Source of the DNA: Cellvibrionales bacterium
Lineage (GTDB): Bacteria; Pseudomonadota; Gammaproteobacteria; Pseudomonadales; JAHEIH01
Length of the DNA stretch: 64,000 nucleotides
Assembly (NCBI GenBank): GCA_024639455.1
Contig: JAHEIH010000026.1
Span: 31,279-95,278 of the forward strand
Direction of reading: 5' to 3'
Shown here: positions 43,433-53,274 of the stretch, piece by piece
How the letters are laid out: every line of letters begins with the position of its first letter
How positions within the stretch are numbered: the stretch's first letter is position 1
Notes under the pieces: model-generated
The model's database searches: none
What the model was told of the DNA's origin: nothing
Seen by the model: the letters and a program-made list of their open reading frames with translations, nothing else
Position numbers and translations under genes: made by a program

Positions 43433-44182
43433 TTAAATTCTCATACCACCATGGACTTTGTAGACCACACCGTTGATAAAATCGTTTTCAAATAAATTCA
43501 CAGCCATCGAAGCCACTTCTTCCGGCTGACCACCCCGCCCTACCGGGACCATTGCCGAAGCTTTCTGCAGTGCGGCCTGATTCATCGACGCCACCATATC
43601 GGTCATGATAAAGCCCGGCGCAATCGCCACACAGCGAATCTTGTGCCGTGCTAACTCCTTGGTCCAAACAGTGGTAAGCGCCTCTACACCGGCTTTAGCA
43701 GCCGAGTAGTTGCTCTGGCCGTAGTTACCTTCGGCGGAGATACTGGAAATATTCAAGATACACGCCTGCTGTGTGTGCTCAACCATCAATTTTGCTGCAG
43801 CGCGGCCACACAAAAAGACGCCCGATAAATTAATGTTGATCACGGCCTGCCAATCGTCGAATGACATTTCACTAATGATGTTACCTGGCTCGCCTTTCAC
43901 CATCAGCCCATCACGGATAATGCCGGCATTATTGACCAAGCCGTTAAGCGCTCCAAAATTTTGCCAAATTTGCGCAAAGGCGGCCTCTACCGCCGCTTCA
44001 TTGCTGACATCGAGGCAGTAATAGCGACTGCCAGCCAACTGCTCCGCTGCGCTTACCAGCAACGCTTCGTTAACATCAATAAGCGCGATTTTAGCGCCTT
44101 TTTCAGTCAGCGCTTTGGCCATCGCAAAGCCTAATCCGCGGGCGGCACCTGTCACAGCAATGACTTTATTATTTAAATCCAT
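43433..44182 (-). CDS. SDR family oxidoreductase (FabG-like)
   Basis: TGAARGLG, NNAGIIRDG, NISS, YSAAK, APGFIMTDM. Confidence 0.9.
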   Translation of the reverse strand: MDLNNKVIAVTGAARGLGFAMAKALTEKGAKIALIDVNEALLVSAAEQLAGSRYYCLDVSNEAAVEAAFAQIWQNFGALNGLVNNAGIIRDGLMVKGEPGNIISEMSFDDWQAVININLSGVFLCGRAAAKLMVEHTQQACILNISSISAEGNYGQSNYSAAKAGVEALTTVWTKELARHKIRCVAIAPGFIMTDMVASMNQAALQKASAMVPVGRGGQPEEVASMAVNLFENDFINGVVYKVHGGMRI

Positions 44183-44413
44183 TCATCAATTCCTATTCTT
44201 GTTATTAATGGTCATCATATTTCAAAACAAAGATTAACATGAACAGAAATCCTTTCTTCGGTGATATCGCGCTTAAAAGTTATCTATCACCGCCTCTTTG
44301 TTAGGCTAACGCGACAAATGCCTAGTGTCTGGCTGTATACCCCTTGTTACATCATATTCAGTTGCTAAAATAAATATAAATATTGTACGAAAGATGTCAT
44401 CAAGGAATTAAAA

Positions 44414-44788
44414 ATGGTAGATCAACAGACACTCGGCGGCCGTATTGGGCTTTCTCGCAATGCGCGCAACTTAACCACCGAGCAGGTAGCAAAACGTATT
44501 GGTGTTAAAGTGTCCACGCTTCAAAACTGGGAAAACGATCGCAGCGAACCCCGCCCGAGTAAATTGCAGATGCTCGCGGGTGTTCTAAAGGTACCCGTAC
44601 TATGGTTACTGGCGGGCAACAACATAGACCAGGATTTCGAGGTCGATATCGATGTCTCAGAAACTGCCGATATTGCGTCTAAATTAGAACAGCTACACCA
44701 TCACCACCAACAAACCGCGAAGATAATTTTCGAACTGATGTCAGACATTCGTCGTTTACAGAGAGACATTGACGAAGACGTTGTTTGA
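44414..44788 (+). CDS. XRE-family transcriptional regulator with C-terminal coiled coil
   Basis: TLGGRI...IGVKVSTLQNWENDRSEPR..KL..LAGVL.V...WL. Confidence 0.85.
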   Translation: MVDQQTLGGRIGLSRNARNLTTEQVAKRIGVKVSTLQNWENDRSEPRPSKLQMLAGVLKVPVLWLLAGNNIDQDFEVDIDVSETADIASKLEQLHHHHQQTAKIIFELMSDIRRLQRDIDEDVV

Positions 44789-44971
44789 AGCCTTCGTTCA
44801 AGGGGGCAGAAAGCCCCCCATAGAGCTCGCAAGATAACTGTCGCTTTCAAGTAACTTTCCTTCGCGTTTTCCTATATTCAAAACCGCAAAAATAGCATAT
44901 TGTTCGAGTGCCACTTCTGCGAGCCACGGCATTTCGCAGCGTCATAAACTATAAAAAATATAAGAGGACGT

Positions 44972-46936
44972 ATGTCGACTACCGATAGCATCAATCCGCC
45001 CGTGTTCTATATATCTTCGGGTTTCATTATTGTCCTTGTGGCTATTACCGCACTATTCCCCGAGCAATCCAACGCTTTTTTTCAGAATTTACAGGCTGGT
45101 ATCGTAGAAAACGCCAGCTGGTTCTACGTGTTGGCCGTGGCCATCATTTTATTGTCCATCGTCTACTTCGGTTTCTCGCGCTTTGGTTGTATTCGGCTCG
45201 GTCCAGATCACTCCCGCCCTGAGTACGGCAACCTCTCTTGGTTCTCCATGCTATTTTCTGCGGGCATGGGCATCGGCATCATGTTCTTTGGCGTGGCGGA
45301 GCCCCTGCTCCACTTTGTTGCGCCACCCGCAGGTGAGCCACAAACGGTGGATGCCGCACGCGAAGCGATGCAACTTTCCTTTTTCCACTGGGGCCTGCAC
45401 GCCTGGGGCACCTTTGCCGTTGTGGCCTTGATCCTTGCTTATTTCAGTTATCGCACTGGGATGCCACTGACTCTTCGCTCGGCACTTTATCCTTTGATCG
45501 GCGATCGCATATCTGGCCCTGCCGGCCATGCCATCGATATTTTCGCTATTTTGGGCACAGTATTCGGTGTCGCCACCTCGATGGGTTTTGGGGTACTCCA
45601 AATTAATGCCGGCCTAGCCCACTTGTTGGGCGTGCCAGAATCGAGCATGGTGCAGTCCATTATTATTGTTTTTGTGACAGTTATGGCATTGATTTCCGTC
45701 CTTTCTGGTCTCGATAAGGGCATTAAATTCCTCTCGCAATTAAATATGATCTTGGCACTAGCACTGCTAGGTTTAGTGCTCCTCACGGGCCCCACCGTTT
45801 ACTTGATCCAGAGCTTCTTACAAAACATCGGTGTTTACTTGTCGGGCATCGTGGGTAAAACCTTCAACTTGTACGCCTACCAACCCACCGACTGGATCGG
45901 CGGCTGGACTATCCTTTACTGGGGCTGGTGGATCTCGTGGTCGCCATTTGTCGGGATGTTTATCGCGCGCATCTCACGTGGCCGCACGATACGTGAATTC
46001 TGTTTCGGTGTGTTGTTTGTGCCCGCCGGTTTCACCATGCTTTGGATGTCATTCTTCGGCAACAGCGCTATCGACTTAGTGCTTAACCAAGGCTTCCAAG
46101 AGTTGGCGCAAGTGGTGCAACAAAATAACTCGTTAGCGATCTTCCAGTTCTTTGAATACCGGCCGTTTTCTCAATTATTGTCTGGTCTAGCGGTGGTCAT
46201 GGTAATCGTTTTCTTTGTTACTTCAGCCGACTCTGGCGCACTGGTTATTAACATGTTGGCTTCAGGTGGCAATGAAAACACCCCCGTGTGGCAACGCGTT
46301 TACTGGACAGTATTGATTGGTTTAGTAGCACTTGTACTGATGTTCGCGGGCGGCCTTAGCGCACTGCAAACAGCGGCCATTGCTAGCGCGCTGCCCTTTA
46401 CCTTTGTCATTATGTTGGCAATTGTTGGGCTTCGTAAGGCACTCTCTACCGAGATCCTTAAGCGCGACCTGATCGTGGCGCACTCCACGTCTTTCCCGAT
46501 GATTTCGCCGAACGCCGATACTGAAACGCTTTGGCACGAACGTTTGGACAAAATCACCAATCTGCCCAGTAAAGAGGACATTGAATCCTTCCTCACTAAC
46601 ACGGTGCAATGCGCCTTTACCGATGTGGCTGAAGCCATGCTCTTGAAGGATATCCACGCCGAGATACTACTGAGCGATGGTAAGATCGTATTCGATGTAT
46701 TGCACGGCGATGAAATCGACTTCCAATACGCGGTTGAAGCTCGTCCACTTGTGCCGCCAACCTTCATCCTTCGCGACCACAACCCCATAGACGAAATCAA
46801 ATACTTCCAAGCGGAGGTGTTCCTGACAGAGGGTGGTCAGGGCTACGATATTGCGGGTTACTCACGCGAGCAGATCATCAACGACTTGCTCGATCAGTAC
46901 GAGAAGCACATCCACTTCCTGTCGCTGCTGCGGTAA
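44972..46936 (+). CDS. BCCT family choline/glycine betaine transporter (BetT-like, long C-tail)
   Basis: WFSMLFSAGMGIG, FFHWGLHAW, WWISWSPFVGMFIARISRGRTIREF, FFVTSADSG, EGGQGYD...DQYEKH. Confidence 0.92.
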   Translation: MSTTDSINPPVFYISSGFIIVLVAITALFPEQSNAFFQNLQAGIVENASWFYVLAVAIILLSIVYFGFSRFGCIRLGPDHSRPEYGNLSWFSMLFSAGMGIGIMFFGVAEPLLHFVAPPAGEPQTVDAAREAMQLSFFHWGLHAWGTFAVVALILAYFSYRTGMPLTLRSALYPLIGDRISGPAGHAIDIFAILGTVFGVATSMGFGVLQINAGLAHLLGVPESSMVQSIIIVFVTVMALISVLSGLDKGIKFLSQLNMILALALLGLVLLTGPTVYLIQSFLQNIGVYLSGIVGKTFNLYAYQPTDWIGGWTILYWGWWISWSPFVGMFIARISRGRTIREFCFGVLFVPAGFTMLWMSFFGNSAIDLVLNQGFQELAQVVQQNNSLAIFQFFEYRPFSQLLSGLAVVMVIVFFVTSADSGALVINMLASGGNENTPVWQRVYWTVLIGLVALVLMFAGGLSALQTAAIASALPFTFVIMLAIVGLRKALSTEILKRDLIVAHSTSFPMISPNADTETLWHERLDKITNLPSKEDIESFLTNTVQCAFTDVAEAMLLKDIHAEILLSDGKIVFDVLHGDEIDFQYAVEARPLVPPTFILRDHNPIDEIKYFQAEVFLTEGGQGYDIAGYSREQIINDLLDQYEKHIHFLSLLR

Positions 46937-47008
46937 TGACACTTGGTAGATACAATCATTGGGCCTAGCTTTCATTTTGATGGTGCGAGTAAGCCCCCCC
47001 CCCACAAA

Positions 47009-47036
47009 CAAAAACGCCCCAATGAAGGGGCGTTTA
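47009..47036 (-). terminator. Terminator between the convergent BCCT and TonB receptor genes
   Basis: AAAAA CGCCCC aatgaa GGGGCG TTT. Confidence 0.7.
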
Positions 47037-47056
47037 AGTCACAACCTAAGCGGGGC

Positions 47057-49708
47057 TTAGAAGTTGTAAGTCACGCGAACACCGGCCGTGCGAGGACGAG
47101 AGTATGCAACACGCTCTCTATCGTTCACGTAGTTACGAGACAGCTCTGCACGATCATCGGTCAGGTTGTCAACGTAAGCTTCGGCGGTCCACTCATTGGT
47201 GCTTACACCAGCGGTAATACCTAACATGGTCCAGCTAGCAATACGGTCACGGTTAATCGTGATGATATCGCTGTAAGATTCCGCTGAGTGCGCCATGTGT
47301 GGCATCACGTGGGCAATCATATCGCCACCAACATTCCACTCGTAGCGAGCAGACAAGTTAGCTTGGAAATCCGGCGCGAACGCCAAAGAATCGCCTTTAC
47401 GCACATCACCTGTAGGCGTAATAACATTGGTGATTTCAGTATCCAATGATGAGAATGCACCGTTGATGGTCAAACCAGGTACGCTGTCAGGCTGATAGAT
47501 GAAATCGGCTTCCAAACCCATAACCTCGGCATCAGCCGCGTTGTCCGAGAAGAACAAGTTGGTAATACTGGGGTCAAAGATAGTGGTTTGTAAGCGCGAA
47601 ATTTCTACGAAGAACACGCTACCGTTGAAACGCACTTGACCGTCAGCCAAATCAGTTTTCCAACCAAATTCGTAGTTCATCACTTCATCGGTATCGAGCT
47701 CGAAAGGTACAGTAAAGGTACCATCACCATTTGTCTTACCACCAGGGCGGTTCAACAGGCCAGGACGGTAGCCTTCAGATATCGTACCGTAGAACAACAT
47801 GTCCGCATTTGGACGGTAGTTCAACGTTGCCTTGAAGATAGTACCTTCGGCAATCGCTTTATCCGGCGCGCGCAGAGCATTGTAAATATATTGATTATCA
47901 CCGTCGTAGGTATCTATGTTGTAGGTAATCTTCTCACCGCAAGTACCGTTGTTGGTGAAGTTGCCATCGCCGTCGTAAAGATCAGAAATGTTGGTACCGT
48001 ATGAGTCGTTATCGCTACCATTACCGCCGTTACAGAATGACGAGTTAGCCGTACCGCGGAAGTCAACTTCCACGTTGTAGTATCGAGCACCCAAGGTGAC
48101 TGCCCACTCTTCATTAAGATCCGCAGTGACCTCGCCGAAGATGCCGTACTGTTTGTCGGTACGCAGTACATCATTCAGGAAGATAACCCCGTTGTTGTTT
48201 CCGTTAGCGTCAAGGTTGAAGGGATCATTCGGGTTAGAGCTGTAATCAGCACCCGCAAACGTGTAGTTGGGTAAGAATCCCAATGGTTTGGTAGCACCGG
48301 TCGGATCGTAAAACTCGTTCCACCAAGTACGCGCATTAATAGTCCCTGGGTAGGTAAAGGCGTTACGCTCTTTAAGCTCCAAGTCACTCATGAAGGCACC
48401 AGCCGTGAAGTTGGTCTTCTCGTTGAAATTGCCAGAGAAACGCAACTCGTGGGTCTGAACCTCAGTATTGGTTGAGCTATCTACGTACAGATTGGGCGCT
48501 TGACAGGTGCCGGTAGGCAGACCGCCTGGCGCATAACCGGTGTAAGTAACGAAATAGTCACAGATATAGTAAGGCAGGTATTGCCCTACGAAAAGATAAT
48601 CTGAATAGTCGATACGCTGAGTTGTTTGACGATCGGTATAAGCACCGGTGTAAACCACCTCAAGGTCATTCAACATGCCCTTCAAGGTCCAGCTCAAATT
48701 ATCGAAATCATCTTGTATTGTATTGTCAGTAAAGGTTTGAATCTCTAGATCGCCCAAATTGGGGTCAGCAAAGAAAACACCATCTGATTCAACACTTTGG
48801 GTAGCACCCGTCACCAATAAATTCCATTGGGGATTCAGGTCCATCGACAAGCCTAAGCGCGCGCCAGTGTAGGTCACGTCGTTAAGATTCTCGCCAACCA
48901 ATGCACTGTTGTCCGCATCGATAAATGTGACGTTGCTTAAATCAGCACCTGCCTGGAAACCCGCGCGCGCTGGATCAACAGCGACACCGTTAGAACGAAC
49001 GGTACCTGCCGCACGGAAGCGAGCACTTTCAGAGGCATTTCGTGTGGCTTGAACGTTATCGATATAACCGCCTTTATGGTCACGGTAGGCCACGGTACGC
49101 AAAGCGACGGTATCGCTCAGCGGCGCGTTATACATAAATTCAAAGTTGTTGCTGGGATCACCTGATGAGGTGGTCGCCAAACCAGCTTTGATCTTACCGT
49201 ATGTACCAGTGTGATCGGGCTTGTTGGTAATCAAACGCACAGTACCTGCCTGTGAGCTCGCACCGAATAGCGTACCCTGAGGACCAGACAATACTTCCAC
49301 ACGGCTTAAGTCAGCCGCGTATACGTCAAGGTTACGACCGGGCTGACCGAGAGGCTGCTCGTCTAAGTAAAGTGCAACGTTAGGTGCCAAACCCGCCACA
49401 CCAGCAGTGGTCAAGTTTGGTGTGGTAGATGCAATACCACGGATGTAAATGGTGTTTTGACCAGGACCAGCACCACCAGCGGTAACGCCGGGTAGCTGGA
49501 TTAGGTAATCTTCAAAGTTTGAGATACCCATTTGGTCGAGTTTTTGTTCTGTCACTGCTGATACAGTCACAGGAATATCTTGGGTTGATGCTGTACGTTT
49601 GGTTGCTGTAACGACAACCTCTTCAATCGCTGCCATTGATTGCCCGGCTGCCATAGCAGCAGATACTGCTACAACTGCACTAGCGAGATGTTTCTTTTGA
49701 ATATTCAT
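47057..49708 (-). CDS. TonB-dependent receptor
   Basis: IEEVVVTATKR, VEVLSGPQGTLFGASS, EGYRPG, NYEFGWKT, RPRTAGVRVTYNF. Confidence 0.92.
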   Translation of the reverse strand: MNIQKKHLASAVVAVSAAMAAGQSMAAIEEVVVTATKRTASTQDIPVTVSAVTEQKLDQMGISNFEDYLIQLPGVTAGGAGPGQNTIYIRGIASTTPNLTTAGVAGLAPNVALYLDEQPLGQPGRNLDVYAADLSRVEVLSGPQGTLFGASSQAGTVRLITNKPDHTGTYGKIKAGLATTSSGDPSNNFEFMYNAPLSDTVALRTVAYRDHKGGYIDNVQATRNASESARFRAAGTVRSNGVAVDPARAGFQAGADLSNVTFIDADNSALVGENLNDVTYTGARLGLSMDLNPQWNLLVTGATQSVESDGVFFADPNLGDLEIQTFTDNTIQDDFDNLSWTLKGMLNDLEVVYTGAYTDRQTTQRIDYSDYLFVGQYLPYYICDYFVTYTGYAPGGLPTGTCQAPNLYVDSSTNTEVQTHELRFSGNFNEKTNFTAGAFMSDLELKERNAFTYPGTINARTWWNEFYDPTGATKPLGFLPNYTFAGADYSSNPNDPFNLDANGNNNGVIFLNDVLRTDKQYGIFGEVTADLNEEWAVTLGARYYNVEVDFRGTANSSFCNGGNGSDNDSYGTNISDLYDGDGNFTNNGTCGEKITYNIDTYDGDNQYIYNALRAPDKAIAEGTIFKATLNYRPNADMLFYGTISEGYRPGLLNRPGGKTNGDGTFTVPFELDTDEVMNYEFGWKTDLADGQVRFNGSVFFVEISRLQTTIFDPSITNLFFSDNAADAEVMGLEADFIYQPDSVPGLTINGAFSSLDTEITNVITPTGDVRKGDSLAFAPDFQANLSARYEWNVGGDMIAHVMPHMAHSAESYSDIITINRDRIASWTMLGITAGVSTNEWTAEAYVDNLTDDRAELSRNYVNDRERVAYSRPRTAGVRVTYNF

Positions 49709-49898
49709 GAAAAATTTAACCCCATAATTTTTGGTTATAGTTATTAGAATATTTATATTGAATCGATGCTATAAAATCCCCTTTTAAAAAAGCACAAAAA
49801 ACGCCTAAGAGCAAGCTGATACGGTTATTTTTATTCAATGCGGTTATTTTTTAGCCTCCTTTTTATATTTATTTTCAATTGCTTGCAAAAGTCTCTCA

Positions 49899-51446
49899 TT
49901 AGAGCCTCTCATTAAATCCAGCGTCGGCTGGAATTTCACTTTCACGCTTTGATATAAAGTCGCGTAATTTTTGATCAATCTCCGGATCAAGCGACGGTTG
50001 CTGATACTCTGTTAGCAAGAATTTGGCCGCCGCCAATGATCGCGTTTCGAGGTCTTTTTCGCCGTCGAACTCCCACTGGGCGAAAAGTTGACCGTCGAAG
50101 TGCTCGGGCATGAAAAAGGCTTGTTTGAAATTTTCCATTGTGTGGGGATGCTCGAAATAGCGTCCCGATGGGCCGACGTCGCGCACCGCGACCAACGCCT
50201 CATCAAAATTATCCCAATTGGGACCAGAGGCCATTTTATAGGCCATAGCACACTGCTCCGCATCGGCCATAAATTTGGCCACCGAACACAGCAGGCCCGA
50301 TTCTGCCCAACCGGCGGCCTGCCAAATAAAATTAGCGCCGGCGTGCATCACCGACATGAGCGTCGAAGCCCCCTCGTAACCCGCTTGTGCGTCCAATGTT
50401 TTTGCTGCACTTAACGCCCCAGAGGAACGGAAGGGAACTGAATAATGGCGCGCCATTTGCGCCAGCATGTAATTCATCAGCGATGTTTCAGGGGTGCCGA
50501 CGAATGGCATACCTGTTTTCATCGATACAGTGGACAAGTAGGCACCGTAAATCGCCGGCGCACCCTTACGCACCAATTGGGTATACGCTAAACCCGAGAG
50601 GGTTTCAGCATTGATCTGTGCCACCGAAGCTGGCACCGACGCTGGTGTATTGGCGCCGCCCAAGGTAAACGGCGTACATAACACAGGTTGTCGGCGCGAC
50701 ACATAGGCACGCAGCGCCGAGGTCATGGTGGTGTCCCACACCAACGGCGACGTGCCTGAGATATTAGCCACCGTGACCGCGTGGTTTTCCAGAAAATCCT
50801 CGCCGAACAAGATATCGCACATCGCCAGAACATCTTCAGCGTTTTTACCAGAACTGGTCATCCCCATAAACATCTTGTCTGAGTGGACCATGGACGAATA
50901 GGTAATGTGTAAATGGCGATGGGCTACAGGGATGTCGCTGGGATCGACGATGTGATGTCCGGTAGAGTGCATGCTCGGTAACATGTGCGCCAACTTGTGG
51001 AACATAGCCAAATCATCAAGCGTTGCTATTCGGCGCTGATTGTTAAGATCGCGCACATAGCTGGCACCCGACATCGGCACAAATACGGCCTTGTTGTCGC
51101 CAACGGCTAGATTATACGCGGGGTTTCGCGCGGTAAAGGCGATTTCCGATGGGAGGCTAGCGAGCAGTTCACGCAATAAATGGCGATCAATATACACGCG
51201 CTGATCGACCACCTTGGCGCCGGCACGCCGCCAATCATCACGTGCCACCGGGTCGCGGAAGGTCACACCGACATTTTCCAAAATGGCCATAGATGCCTCG
51301 TCGATACGGGCAATCTGGTCAACGTTCATGACGGCTACCGGGGGTAGCACGTTGTTCAATGTGGGTAGCATGGGCGCGAGCTTTGATGATCGACTAGCGA
51401 TTCGCTCTTGTCGTGCGCCTCGTCTACGCAATTGTCCTTTGGCCAT
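49899..51446 (-). CDS. Trimethylamine methyltransferase (MttB) superfamily, non-pyrrolysine, divergent paralog
   Basis: SDKMFMG, SPLVWD, GTPETS, FRSSGALSAAKTLDAQAGYE, GANFIWQAAGW, VGPSGRYF; no in-frame TAG. Confidence 0.88.
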   Translation of the reverse strand: MAKGQLRRRGARQERIASRSSKLAPMLPTLNNVLPPVAVMNVDQIARIDEASMAILENVGVTFRDPVARDDWRRAGAKVVDQRVYIDRHLLRELLASLPSEIAFTARNPAYNLAVGDNKAVFVPMSGASYVRDLNNQRRIATLDDLAMFHKLAHMLPSMHSTGHHIVDPSDIPVAHRHLHITYSSMVHSDKMFMGMTSSGKNAEDVLAMCDILFGEDFLENHAVTVANISGTSPLVWDTTMTSALRAYVSRRQPVLCTPFTLGGANTPASVPASVAQINAETLSGLAYTQLVRKGAPAIYGAYLSTVSMKTGMPFVGTPETSLMNYMLAQMARHYSVPFRSSGALSAAKTLDAQAGYEGASTLMSVMHAGANFIWQAAGWAESGLLCSVAKFMADAEQCAMAYKMASGPNWDNFDEALVAVRDVGPSGRYFEHPHTMENFKQAFFMPEHFDGQLFAQWEFDGEKDLETRSLAAAKFLLTEYQQPSLDPEIDQKLRDFISKRESEIPADAGFNERL

Positions 51447-51471
51447 CGGAGAGTTTTACCTTGTTATTTTT

Positions 51472-51528
51472 TCAAAAAAAACCGATGAGTTTTTGAGGTT
51501 AGTGCTGTCTCAAAAAGTCACCGGTTGT
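51472..51528 (-). terminator. Long hairpin with U-tract between fhs and the second mttB-family gene
   Basis: Minus strand AACCGGTGACTTTTTGAG...CTCAAAAACTCATCGGTT TTTTT. Confidence 0.6.
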
Positions 51529-51558
51529 TTCATCCTCTATGCCGAGGTTTTCGTTTGC

Positions 51559-53250
51559 TTAGAACAGGCCTTCGATATGGCCGTCCTGGTTAACGAAAAT
51601 ACGTTCAGCGGTGGGCACACGAGGCAGACCAGGCATAGTCATGACGTCACCACAGATCACTACCACGAAACCTGCACCGGCTGACAAACGAACATCACGG
51701 ATAGGCACCACGTGGTCAACCGGGGCACCGTAGAGATTGGGATCCGTACTAAACGACAACGGGGTCTTCGCGATACACACAGGCAGATGCCCGAACTCTT
51801 CTTGCAGTGTGGCAATTTGATCGCGGACTTTTTTGTCAGCGATGATGTCGTTAGCACCATACAGCTCAGTCGCGATGGTTTTTACCTTGTCCCACAGGCT
51901 CACGTCGTCGCTGTACAAGGGGCGGAAATTATCTTCGCCTTTCTCGATCACGGCAATCACTTCGCGCGCTAGATCTTCAGCACCTTCACCACCCATAGCC
52001 CAGTGATCAGACATGATAGCTTTCGCGCCAATCTGCTCACACAATTCTTTCAACATGGCGATTTCAGCATCGGTATCGGCGCTGAAACGGTTGATGGCAA
52101 CCACCACCGGCACACCGAATTTACGGGTGTTTTTCACGTGGCGAGCAATGTTAGCAAAACCTTTACGAACGGCTTCAACGTTCTCGGTTTTGAGCTCTTC
52201 GAGGGCAGCACCACCGTGCATTTTCAGCGCACGAATAGTACCCACAATGACCGCTGCATTTGGCTTCAAGCCAGACTTGCGCATTTTGATGTTGAAAAAC
52301 TTCTCTGCACCCAGGTCGGCACCAAAGCCTGCTTCAGTTACTACGTAGTCAGCCAGTTTCAAGGCGGTAGAGGTCGCCAACACTGAGTTACAGCCGTGCG
52401 CGATGTTCGCGAAAGGACCGCCGTGAACGAATGCTGGCGTGCCTTCCAAGGTCTGTACCAAGTTGGGCTGGATAGCGTCTTTCAACAGCGCAGTCATCGC
52501 GCCTTCAGCATTCAATTCGCGCGCGTAGATGGCTTTCTGATCGCGGGTGTAACCGATCACAATGTTGCCCAAACGCTGCTGCAAGTCTTCCAGGCTGGTT
52601 GCCAAACAGAAAATCGCCATAACCTCAGAAGCCACGGTGATATCGAAGCCATCAGTGCGTGGGTAGCCGTTACCAATACCCCCCAAGCTGTTAGTGATTT
52701 GACGCAGGGCGCGGTCGTTCATATCCACCACACGACGCCAGCTCACACGACGCACATCGATACCCAGATCGTTGCCCCAGTAAATGTGGTTATCGATCAT
52801 GGCAGACAACAAGTTGTGCGCTGCACCGATGGCATGGAAGTCGCCGGTAAAGTGCAGGTTAATGTCTTCCATTGGAATGACTTGAGAGTAACCACCCCCA
52901 GCAGCACCACCTTTGATACCAAAGCAAGGACCGAGCGAAGGCTCGCGCAAGCAAATGGCAGTTTTCTTACCCAAACGCGACAGTGCATCGCCCAAGCCCA
53001 CAGTGGTGGTGGTTTTACCTTCACCCGCTTTGGTGGGGTTGATACCAGCAACCAAAATCAACTTGCCATCTTGGCGGTCTTTCAGGCCATTGATGTAGTC
53101 GAGGCTAATTTTCGCCTTATGGTGTCCGTAGGGCTGCAGATCGTCATAGCCCAAGTCAAGTTTAGCGGCGACTTCGGCAATGGGGCGAATCTGGGCTTCG
53201 CGTGCAATTTCGATATCCTGCTTAGGATTCTTGTGTTGTGAGGCTGGCAT
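51559..53250 (-). CDS. fhs: Formate--tetrahydrofolate ligase
   Basis: [67 protein letters not shown]. Confidence 0.97.
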   Translation of the reverse strand: MPASQHKNPKQDIEIAREAQIRPIAEVAAKLDLGYDDLQPYGHHKAKISLDYINGLKDRQDGKLILVAGINPTKAGEGKTTTTVGLGDALSRLGKKTAICLREPSLGPCFGIKGGAAGGGYSQVIPMEDINLHFTGDFHAIGAAHNLLSAMIDNHIYWGNDLGIDVRRVSWRRVVDMNDRALRQITNSLGGIGNGYPRTDGFDITVASEVMAIFCLATSLEDLQQRLGNIVIGYTRDQKAIYARELNAEGAMTALLKDAIQPNLVQTLEGTPAFVHGGPFANIAHGCNSVLATSTALKLADYVVTEAGFGADLGAEKFFNIKMRKSGLKPNAAVIVGTIRALKMHGGAALEELKTENVEAVRKGFANIARHVKNTRKFGVPVVVAINRFSADTDAEIAMLKELCEQIGAKAIMSDHWAMGGEGAEDLAREVIAVIEKGEDNFRPLYSDDVSLWDKVKTIATELYGANDIIADKKVRDQIATLQEEFGHLPVCIAKTPLSFSTDPNLYGAPVDHVVPIRDVRLSAGAGFVVVICGDVMTMPGLPRVPTAERIFVNQDGHIEGLF

Positions 53251-53274
53251 CTTAGTGACTCCTTAAAACCATTA

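Noticed and set aside
46993-47003. Poly-C tract as a phase-variation site
   Set aside because: It lies between convergent 3' ends next to a terminator, so slippage would not alter a promoter or reading frame.
52396-53241. 281-aa plus-strand ORF
   Set aside because: Antisense shadow of fhs with no recognisable motif; the same applies to shadows over typA, glnA, the porin and the TonB receptors.
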